Source of the DNA: Antedon mediterranea
Lineage: Eukaryota > Animalia > Echinodermata
Length of the DNA stretch: 64,000 nucleotides
Assembly (NCBI RefSeq): GCF_964355755.1
Contig: NC_092674.1
Span: 29,078,001 to 29,142,000, forward strand
Reading direction: 5' to 3'
The notes under the pieces were generated by a model. It worked only from the letters and a program-made list of their open reading frames with translations. It searched no databases and was not told the DNA's origin. A program made the translations under genes and the position numbers. Positions 38,088 to 49,491 of this stretch are shown here, piece by piece (the first letter of the stretch is position 1; each line of letters begins with the position of its first letter).

Positions 38088-40887
38088 TCAATGTTTCGTT
38101 TCGCATAAACATAATCTGTAGTTGAATTTCAAACCCGCATTACAACGAATTGGTTGGCACATGCCATCTTGAACACACCTGAGGAAAAGTAAGCAAGATT
38201 TTAAAGTTTGAACAACTAGTAAAATATTTTTTTACAATGGACATTTCGTCACTCGAATGCCAAGAAAAGTAGAGACTTTTATTTTCATTTGAGAACTAAT
38301 GATAAAAGATTCAGATTCTGGAATAACTATGCCTCTAACATCCCAACAACACAGCACAACACAGGAAGACACATTGAGAGATAAGGAAGTACTGTATGTA
38401 GTGTGAGGCCGTCAAAAACATTGGCGGAGCAACTCAATTTTCATGAGCTGCCCATATTATGTTGGATAAGGAAATCTAACAACAGGATCAAAATGATTTA
38501 TCCGAGGCCGGCTGCGATACGGTCAGTTCCACGCACCGCGGAGAATATGTTGGTACTTTTGGTATTTGTCGCAGCCAGACATACGATCAAAGCACTGTTC
38601 CTATCTTGGCTAGGCGAGCTCAGTGTCCTCTGTTAGAATTCCTTGGTTGGATAAATGAAATTAAACGGACAAAGATGAGATCTTACTTGCAGTGACTGCC
38701 GCCCATGTATCTTTCACCTGACAATATCCTATCACATCTTTTCTTGTCAACATCCTGTTTACACGAGCATTCACACGTATCTGGATCCTGTATAAAGGGC
38801 GCCGCACATGGATGACGACACATACACATTCCTCTAGAGAGTTTCTTGTGCGCAGCGCACTGTAGTTTGGGATATGGCATCGATTCCTGACATGCACATT
38901 TCGTATCAGTTGATATATTTATATTCTGGAAACTTGGCGGTTCGTTGGGATTATCCAAATTGGTTAAAATCTGGTATAAAAGAAACACTTATTTATTATT
39001 CTATAATGACTGTGACGTCATAGAACTGAAGAAAATAAGTAAATCACTTCTACGATCTTGTAGAACTCTTTTTATGATTTTCTTTTATTTGTTTTCCAAA
39101 TTTAAGGTAAATAGAATGGCAATTTGTAGGCTACATCAGAAATAGTTCCTAATGTTTTGCATTTCGATTTGTGAAAGTCTTATATAGGTACCTGTTTAAT
39201 TATAATTGTAACTTTAACCATTTTCCATAAAACCGTTAGTAGACAGCTTACCATGATATTGAGGTTTCTTTTTTCTACTGCGACACACTCTGATATTTCA
39301 CTACCACAGCACCCACTGCCTTGACACCTTTGGACCACTTCGCATTCAGGGTAGATGCTGTAGCCAAATTCTCTTACGACTCCCAGCTCCTTATAAATGT
39401 TGACGACTTTTTCTCGAGGTCTACCGCATTTGGTTCTTTCTATTCTTGAATAAAGATCTTTTAAAGCTTTAAAAAAAAGAAAATAATTAATTGATTTCAT
39501 TCGTAAAGGAAAACAAAGAAATGTTGACGACTTTTCCTAGAGGTCTATCGCACTTGGTTCTTTCTATTCTTCAATACAGATCTTTTAAAACTTGAAAAAA
39601 GGAAAGAACTAAACTAAATTTGATTGTATTCATTAAGGAAAACAAAGAACAAGAGTGTGTATTATCTGAATACTTTACATACCTTTGTGATGTGAGATTG
39701 GTGATTCAGCAGCTATACCTGGTTCCTACAAAGAGAAACAATGGTATCAATCATCGGAGGAAGATGCAAGGATTCCATCGTTATTTGTATTTGTGAAGTT
39801 GTATAATGATAAGAAGATAATAATAAGAAGACTGACATTTGCTGGACACTGTCTTCGCAATAAAGAAGAAATCATTTCAGATGTTCTGCTGTGGCATTAA
39901 AACATGGGCTTGCAAAACAACAATACATTGATGTACTAGAGACGGATACTGGTATGCAGAGAGATGAACTGGCTCTCGCAATAAAAGATAGAAAGTTATG
40001 GAGCAATCTAGTCATATAAGTTCGGGTAAGTAAGTATAAGGATAAAGAATTTGTCAGCATGTTTTACGGAAACTTGTTGTATCATATCTTTTTAATACCT
40101 TTGATCAAATTACACTATTAATGGTTCTATAAAAACACTATCTTAGCGATAACCTAGATAACCGACTATTGTTCTAATTGTTCAGCTATATCGTCAGCTT
40201 CAGTTTCCTATTGGGCATTTTTCAAAAGTCATCCGCTTTTCGCCAACTCATACCGGTATCTAAATATTAGATCGCATATAAATAAAGTTTAAGGGTTCAT
40301 GGTTCACTGCACAACCGATTTGATCAATTATCGATTATTATTATCAATTGAACCTAGATATCTAGGCTAGTCAATACATACTCGTGAGTAACATATATGC
40401 ATTACGAGGAACCTCAAATGGTGTGCATAACATTATTTGAAATAGATGTAGTACAGAGGATCCGACGACACAATTGAATTCTGATCCAAGGAATTTCTTT
40501 ACAATTTTGGAGGAAAATGCATTATTATCGCGTGCAGTATATCTAAAAATGTTGTGCAGCAACAAAACATAGCTGTGTACTCAGATGTGCATTGTCTTTC
40601 GATTGGTTGGCTTGGTTAACTCTAAAATCAACTTGATTAACCCAGGGAAGAATTAAATTACAATTAATTACAAGTAATTTAACTCTTCCCCGATTTATCA
40701 TAATTCGAACAGAAACCAATATTTTCAATAGGCTTCTTGTATTAATCTGTCTCTTATAAGAAGATTAATAAAGTGTTGGAAAACATAAACTGTAACTTAC
40801 GGTTGTCAACATGATGTCATCTTCTTGAACAGGACTGCATAGAACAGTTCCGAGAAACAAGAAAATTGCTATAAATATCTTGAACAT
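38088..40887 (-). CDS. PDGF/VEGF-family growth factor with a C-terminal cysteine-rich tail (VEGF-C/D-like architecture), 239 aa
   Basis: Exons 40887-40801 (signal peptide MFKIFIAIFLFLGTVLCS), 39725-39683, 39466-39252, 38970-38687, 38178-38088 (720 nt). All 8 cystine-knot cysteines present: KCGRPREKVV, YPEC, QRCQGSGCC, SEC, KCAC. Tail with CMC, CECSC, CKC, CLC. Confidence 0.9.
39828..40037 (+). mobile_element. RTE-type LINE 3' fragment in VEGF intron 1
   Basis: Reads LTFAGHCLRNKEEIISDVLLW...YIDVLETDTG...ELALAIKDRKLW with disruptions, ending in a (TAAG)n tail. Confidence 0.75.
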
Positions 40888-41434
40888 CTTTACTAATCCA
40901 ATATTTTTGAGTGACCGAACCATTTTATTGATCATGTATCAAAAGATCTCCGATCGTAATAAAAACGATGGAGCAAGACAATTACTATTTAACGACAGTA
41001 CTTTAAGAGACCTGAATGTTAATATGATCCCATATTTAAAGGCTTCCGATTTCATTCAGGTCCGGTGAGAGGAAGTTATACATCTGGTGAATCCTGCAGA
41101 AGGATCGTTTGCGGCATGTTCCAAAACCGCGACATTCAAGTAGCTTGATTCACTTCCTCGCTTTAAAATCCAAAGAGAGGCTGGTGGTTTTCAGATGTAT
41201 TAGCGATTCATTCATTGGTTCTCGCTGGGACGCAACTCAATTACGCACGCGCAACGCAATCAATTTGATTGGAGGGTGGGTAGGTTTTGACCATGACCGA
41301 ATGATGAAGACCACAATCGATAACTTTCTTCCGTTTTCTATATATGGTCATATAACCTTATGAATTTTGTAATAATTTTGTCGGTGACCGAAGGACAAAT
41401 AAAAGACGATTAGCGTAAAAGTATCATACGCTTA

Positions 41435-41561
41435 AGCTCTGTCTATATTATCAAACTTTATGTGACAACAAAATGTGATGTGCCCATATATTTGGGTATA
41501 TCTCTACCATATTTGAACACATAACTTTTTGTCAAACTAGTTTGATAGTGCAGACTGAGCT
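41435..41561. mobile_element. PIF/Harbinger-like MITE, family A (internally deleted)
   Basis: Family A TIRs with TTA flanks. Confidence 0.8.
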
Positions 41562-42858
41562 TTAGAATATACATAGAAAATAATGCAATGAAATTGGCAT
41601 GTAGGCCTAAAGTAACGTGTTTTTCCACTATGGCGAATTCGCGGAAATCGCTTCTGATGTTTGCACGAATACATCAGTAAAAACGGGAAAATGCTATGTT
41701 TACAGTACATGAAAAAACATCAAACAATAGTCAGTGTTAATGGTTAACAAACTTGAGGCTGCTGGCGTCAATAAAGGAGCTGGTCTACATTTCAATAAAG
41801 TTTTATTTATTTTCTCCGCGTAATGGTTACGCTGGAATTGGATTCATGTAACTTATTGCCAGGTCCCTGTCGTCGGAAACCAAGTCCTTCCGACAAAGAA
41901 AGGTAGAGAAGCGACGGAAACTCGCCTCATCATTGTGGTAGTTTAAACACGGGGGCGCTGTTCTTGGTAAAGTACGAATCCATACTTTTGTCAAAATCAC
42001 AAAATGTAATATAGTTATACTGTATTATTCACAGCACTTAAATATGTAACAGATCAAAACGGTTTTTAAAAGTAATCATGGTAATAAAGTAAAATGATCT
42101 TATTGTACCCAGGCCAATAAGTCATACAAATTTTATTTAGATTTATGAAAATTAGAATGTAAACCGACAAAGCAGAGAAAGAAATAGTACAGACATTCTG
42201 AATAAACTTCGGATAAAATTAAAATTCGATTGAGTAATTTAGTACGGTATTCTACTAAAGCCACAGTTGATAAGACCGCAATGGGCATCTATCATGTCAT
42301 CGATAATGTGGCTTATTAGGTCAATGAATGTAATTGTTTTCTTGATTTATTCTTACCACTTTGGTCCCCTTGTGTCGTTGAACATGAGTTATGTAAAACT
42401 CAATATTTCTTTTAGTACTAATATAAACATTACTGTTTAAAATACTGCATGTTAATTATAGGCCTATGTCATCATAAACCTTTAGATTTCCTATCACGGA
42501 CCGGACCTACACTGAGCTGACATTGTTGAATGTTCAAAACAAAACTAGACTATAATGGTTATTTTTGTGCATATCCTTGTGGTTATTACCTATTTATTTT
42601 TTTTCAGTTTTAATGTATTCACATTTGTTGTATGCATGGTAAATGTTTAAGGCCTATAACTTGTGACACTGAGCATGCGTGTCAGAATACACGTCACTAC
42701 ATAATTATAACCATGGACCTATACATTAGTTACACTAATTTATCGAGGTCCATGCTATAACTGAATGAATGAGGAAATGTCACGTGGTCAGCATGACATT
42801 TAAACACGTTTGCGTAGAGCTTGACTCGTGTTATACATCGGTCGTTAAGAGAGAGATA

Positions 42859-43020
42859 AGTTCTGTCTACACTATATCAAACTTTATGTGACATAAAATG
42901 TGATGTGCCCATATATGGACAGGATGATGTCATATCACTACCATATTTAGGCATATCACTACCATATTTGGGCACATCACACTTTTTTTGTCAAACTAGT
43001 TTGATGGTATAGACAGATCT
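42859..43020. mobile_element. PIF/Harbinger-like MITE, family A
   Basis: Family A TIRs and internal CTACCATATTT repeats. Confidence 0.82.
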
Positions 43021-46000
43021 TTAGTTTGAATCGTGAGTCTGTTATACCCATCTTGCGAATATCCGTGGTTTTTTTTTTTTTTCAAACACAAGAACTCGGC
43101 GCAGGAAGTGATAGCCATTTTATATTATAAACAACCTGATGATAGCCTAATGTACAGACGTTAATTACAGTAATTAATCTCAAAACGTCCAAGTAGTCAT
43201 TGAACCCAAGTCGGAAAAAATAACAAGACTACAGAAATACGAATAATGCAGGTGGAACCTAATTACCTTAAATTCGTCAGTGGTATAATTTAGGCCTACA
43301 TGAACATTGAATAGGCCTACACGTTCCTCACTTTTTGTGGCTTCGGGTGATCATGGAGCAGATGGCTTTTACCATTTGTACAATCCCTGTCTAGTTTATT
43401 ACACAATCTACAGTAACTTAATGATCGTAAAGAAATGATTTTTTATGCAATAAAATTGTTCATAATTGAATTATTTAGTTTATTATAATGCAATGGACTG
43501 CAATATATAGAACAGAGAAACAATACATGCCGCAACACTGCAATATTTACAAAAAGGAAAATAATAAATGCCGCAATATTTTAAGCAGGGACCAAGTGCT
43601 CATAATGCAGCGTGCAATATTTAGAATAGGAAGCATCAATAATGAGTTGTTTTGCAGTCTGAAAAATAACGGATATATCCCAAAGTTTGTCCATTATAGG
43701 CTGTATGTATTTTATTCGTTAAAAGAAGAAAATACATTGAAAGAACATTGCGTAATCATTCTGACTTTAGGTAACTTTTGCTGGTGGGACATTATTGAAG
43801 ACATACGTTCAAACCTATGGCCACTTCTTTAAGTAAACGTTTCAAAAGTGCCTGCTATTCTCATCCAAGAAGCAACAGCATTGTACTAAGCGTGTGTTCA
43901 CACTTGCGCAATATAGGACTGTAAATTGCCTGACAAGTAGTCATTAAGACGAACTATTAATACTACATTAGTAGCTTCATCTTGTAGGCTAACGAACTCG
44001 GATGCACACTAGACCTGGATTTGTTGCATCTTAACATTATTAAGTCTGTCAGGTAAATGTAAACAGACGTGCCAGCGGTCGAGCCCTTTCAAAGAGACAA
44101 TCTTGTTCTTAATTAGATGGTAATGCTCTTACTGACGGGATTCCCCTGAATGTGTTTAAACATTAACTCAAGGTTATGTAATGACAATCTAAGAAAGTTC
44201 ACCAACTAATCGGCCTAATTCTTAACTTTATTTCAATTCACGATACTTAAAAGCTTTGAAATCGATGTAACGAGTTAACACTAAAGCCCGGTTCATGTCT
44301 ACAAAAATCCGGTGTAACTTTTTTTGTGCGCTGCGTTTAAGTTTGTCAAAATGTCATGAGTCTAAGAAAGTACACATTCAACCTAAACATAATCTTTTAT
44401 ATTCTATTAGCACGCGATCGGAAGTTGATTGTGGCGTTGTTCAGGATCTTGTTGTATAATAGTTATTTAAAGGTTAAGGACGAAGATTATAAAGATGTTT
44501 TGTTTTTGCAGTTGGGTCTTTTTTACAAGTTTCCAGAAATTTCGAGCGGAGCGGAAGATTACGTAAGCCAAACTGACGCTTTTACATTACTTGAATTGAG
44601 GGTCTTTAAAAATAGAAAATATCAGAGAAGATTTTCTCTTCCCTGGAAATATTGAACTTTCCTTTTCATCACGACGCGCCATGCCATTCCGTAGCTGTCG
44701 AAAGTCGAAACGCATTTCTACTGTTAAAAGACTCCAGCAGGTGGTGCATTATGGAACGCCTAAATGTAGGCCTACCGTAACTACATTAATGTAAATATAG
44801 TTTTAGCGCGAAGAGATATCAATGTCGTGCGTTTCCCAAATTGGTCGCGTGGGATATTTAATAATGACGTCACAATAGTAGCATAACACGTGGGAGGACC
44901 TACAATTATTATTTTTAGATTATGCCAACGGAAAAAAAATAAATACAGACGAAAGTTTTATTGGTTTATTTTTTTAAAATATTTCGTAAAAATATAGACG
45001 CATGCCCTAGAAAGTTTGAACTTATTGCATAAGTATTATGTACTATTATATCATAATTAACACATACCGTTTATGATCATGATGAAAAAATAGTTGGTGA
45101 AAACATTTCCATTTCTTCAACTGTTTTTTTCAATAGCATTCAGTATTTTATATTTTAATTAATGTTGCCAACAACATTATATTTTCCAATTAGTTTCATC
45201 TTTGAATTTGTATTTATGTTTCAACAGAAAGTGATGGCATTTGTTTACAAAGGTCATTCTGCGCACACTCGTAATGTTTATGAGCGTGCGCAGAATCGCT
45301 TTGTTACTAGATAGACATGCGCAGTAGGGCGCGCTTCGACTGATACAACTTATGGTCACACTTACCTAATTATTTTAAGTGACGTTTTTTTGACAACCTC
45401 GAAAACGTTTCCTGATCCGAACGCGAACATACTCGAAAATAGGCAGGCCTACGCATTAACTGTCCATGAGGTTTACCACGGCATTAAGAAAACCCCGGAT
45501 AAGTATCAATTAAAAATAAACACAACGAAGATAATTGAATCATTTGTAATACTGATATAAACAAAGCGACGTACGCCTACAGTATCCTTAAACATAGTCC
45601 AAACGAATATTAAAGGTGAACTTTGGACCTAAATCACCAAAAATAGTTTTCTTATATACTATTAGGCCTAATAATAATATTAATTCATAGTTATCGATTT
45701 TAATTTTATTGTTCTTCATATTATCATTTCATTATTAAAATTATTTTAATATACGCATTGAAGATTGCAAATAATGAACTTGCGCGTACATATTTTGATA
45801 ACCTTGGTGGTTGGTCATTTTTGCAAGTTTTGCGTACATTGTCACTCGCTGCATGATTTTTTTGTGGAATGTAGTCTGATTTTGTTAAAGAAAAATGGTT
45901 GAGGTTTGTTTTATATAATCTATATTTAGTTATAGCCATGGTTGAGCCATAGAGGAATTGATTACATTGAGCTAACATCATCAAGTTGTCTTTTTTAGGG

Positions 46001-46674
46001 TGAGGGGATGTCAGTGACTCTAGCTATAGGTTTAAATTTGAAGCAACTGTCGTTTTGCGTGCAATAAATGCTATCTAAACATCTGTAGTCTGAAGGAATT
46101 GCATTGGTTGTTTGATATTCAGATATCGTCTGCATTTAGATAGATTCGTACAGACAGAATGTTTTGATTAGGGACACGGTTACATGGCTCTTTTAGTAAA
46201 TAATCATATTCTCGAATTAATTATTTCTAGGGCAAGATTGTGTCAATAAATCGTTTCCGAAAAGATATGTCTTCCTTTTCTCGGTTAACGATATTATACA
46301 CTGTATAAAATAAAATAAAACGTGACGATCGTAGCAACATTGTTTTTTTGTTTAATTGAACAACTAGTGGTGTATTGCATCTTCCGGAATAAATATGCAA
46401 ATTTTATTCTGTTTACGTCAATTGGGGCGTTTCAGAATATAGACGAGATATATCGCAATCCCAACGCAGTTAATAGGCGGACTGCTTACTTGTTTATGTT
46501 TTTTAAGTAGTGATTCCGGGTGGGAATTCTACTCAAGGCTAAAACAACGTAACTTCTGCCGGAACAAAACTATTGCATATAAGATGAACGGCGATAGATT
46601 CCTCTCATAAACCAATACAATAAGCCTAAAGACCGGAACAAAACAAACTTGAGTAGCTGCTATACTGTACCAAA

Positions 46675-48040
46675 ATGCAGACAATATCTAGCCTTCTTCT
46701 AGCACTATGTGTATGCAACTCGGTGGTCGCTAGGCCCGCGGAACTTAGCTTAGACAATGTTTTAACGTTTAACTCGGCAGAAGTTGAGGCCTCTGGTAGT
46801 GGTCCTGTGTGCGATGCTAACCGACACCAATGTCTTCTTAGAAGTAGAACACAATATTTTATTTCTGCGGACCATGATGGCATGTTACATACATCACAGG
46901 ATATACATCAAAAAGGTAAGTTATCTTTTTCAAATAAATGTAATTAATATTGTAGGCCTATTCTATTTCTTTAATAGATAATTATTATTAATATAATATA
47001 ATAATAATTATTAAAATAATTAACATTGTTCCTGCAATACATACTTACGCGTATAGTAGTGACTCAATATTCTGTTTCATTATACTGTACAACTGGTCGA
47101 TTTTTTTCTATTTCCTGATAAATTAAAATCAAACCAAATCAACACAATAGTATAGGAGTGAAATTAATACATTTCTATAACAATATACTACCGTGGGTAG
47201 CAAAATTATTGTTGGGTTAGTTTAAGAATAAAAATATTTATATTATTTGTATTTCAGACCTGCCTTGTTATTAGTTTCATATTTTTCATTTCGGCTTTGT
47301 CCATTTCTTTTTATTTATTTTACATTTATTTATATTTGTAGACATTGCAAATTTTATCATGTAAATCAAAAATCAATCGCAATTCAGTTATACTGTGAAG
47401 ATTATTTTTAATAAATTATAATATTTTTGAATAAAAAATGAACAAAATTGAATTTATGTAAATATAATTAGTTTTGTTTTTCTTTCGCAGATTATTTGCA
47501 ATTTTCATCAGTTGGACTTTACTACATTAAAATACAGTCGTGTCATTCTGGAAACTTTTTTGCAGTCGTAGATGGCGCCCTCACAACAGTGCAGGTACAG
47601 TATTTAGGCCTATTATAAAAAAGTTCATAAAAGGGGACTGAAAATTTTTAATATTTAATATGTGCTATTTTAGACTTTTCCTATTTCCTTTCTAACATAA
47701 GTGTCCCTTTAAGGGGTGTTCCACAGCGCAGTTATTTCAATGTACCAAATGTGGAATAAGCTCTGGCGAACTGTCCATCATTATAATCTCATTTCAAACG
47801 GTATGATTATTATATTCCTTGTTTGTTTTTTTTTATTATTAGGACTGTGGCGACCACGTTGAAAGCAACTATTGTCATTGGTTTCAAAGTCACACCCATA
47901 AAGGCACAGTATATAGAAACCTGGCTACTGAAAAATACCTAACAATTACGTCGGATGGAAGGCCAACGCTGTCAAAAGAAGCTGATAGATACAAACCAAG
48001 AGCGACGTTTACGTTATTCGACTGTAGTATAAAATTATAA
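46675..48040 (+). CDS. Divergent secreted fibroblast growth factor (beta-trefoil), 180 aa
   Basis: Exons 46675-46915, 47491-47594 (104 bp, phase 1 to 0, the classic FGF middle exon) and 47843-48040. Signal peptide MQTISSLLLALCVCNSVVA. FGF-core-like segments: LLRSRTQYFISADHDGMLHTS, LQFSSVGLYYIKIQSCHSGNFFAV, YCHWFQ, YRN, KYLTITSDGRP, RATF. Confidence 0.82.
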
Positions 48041-49491
48041 CATTTACCAACAAAACACCTTTGATATTTATCTGATGCCAAAATTAATTTATTGATATGC
48101 ATTCCATATTTTTGTCTAAAGTATTTATATTTAAATTATTAAAGACGTTGCAATCTCGTACCTTTATTTTTATAAGATTACTATATTAGTATTTGCTGTA
48201 TATGTGGTATACTGTACACATTGTTAGGGAACCTACCGAAGCCAAAGAATGTACAAAGTTATAACAAAACGCGACGATCATCTACGCATGCGTATAAAAC
48301 ATTGACATTGCGATATACTATTTCAGAAATCGATGTAGCATGGATTTGTGAACTCCCTGGATGTCAGAGTCTATCACGCATGGATTTGTAAACTCCCTGG
48401 ATATCGGAGTCTATCGGACCGAACAGTAACGAAACATTTAATTTATGTAATAACCTTTCCTTGTATGTACTTATATAATTGAAGGGGGGTTTTCAGGTTT
48501 TTATTCTTTTTTTAATGCCGAATTAGTCGGGTTTTTGAAGAGAAGATTAGTATGTATTGTCTACACCGTGTTTGACTGAACATTGTTTATTGCCCACTGT
48601 AAATTTGAATTCATCGTGGTTTGGAAAGGAAAACCTCGAATATGGAAAAATATTTTTGTACCTGAATATTGAGACAATTTTTATTTTATTTTTTTAAAGA
48701 ACAATTTTTTCCAAATCATGTTTCATTGCATGTCTAGTTTTTTAATCCGAAATATTATAGTACTCTAGAATAGTTACAACTCAACTTCTTATTTAATGTT
48801 TCATTCTTACTGCTTGTATAAGCCTTGTGTACATGTTTGTTGAAGCCATCGTAATGTCTTCTGTGACCTATTTATTACCATCATGTATTAATAAAACAGA
48901 TTAAATATATTAGAAAAACAGCTGTGTTATTGTATCGTAACTTTTTAAAGATGTCAATAAATATTTGAAACATAATATACTGTACCGGTATTCGTAAGTC
49001 TTGGTTCTGTATTTCAACTTAGGTAAAAATATACATATTTTGGCACACATGACGTTTCATACGTATACTATTTGAGTTCTCTAGACAAACAAGAATCGAA
49101 CGATCCGATGGACAGCTTTGCGATAGGTTATACTGTATAAGAAAATGAAACTTTCAATGCCAGTTTTAAAAATGAATAGTTTTTTACGAAACAAAACCCA
49201 TTTAATCTCAAGACCTAAACCGCTATACTAATGTATAGTGTCAAAAGTTGTAGATTACCGTATATAGGTCGTGTATAATATAGTTTAGTACTTATTTAGT
49301 CAAAATCAACAAAGTAGAACGATTACGTCCGAAGTTATACAATGCATATTTTCCGAAAATAATAGAGGTGTGTGGAGATAAATTCCATAAAAAGTAACTA
49401 TTATTGCTGACAACCCAATTCACCACGTAGACACACAGACCTATTTTGTGGATTTCACATATTCGTTTCTCTGTAACAATCAATTTCAAAC

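Noticed and set aside
40371-40565. Extra VEGF exon suggested by an ORF and AG/GT sites in intron 1
   Set aside because: In the required phase 0 the 40542 acceptor reaches TAA within six codons; exon 1 joins 39725 cleanly without it.
43488-44655. 114-aa and 99-aa ORFs between VEGF and FGF
   Set aside because: No recognisable motifs or exon structure; composition matches AT-rich noncoding DNA.
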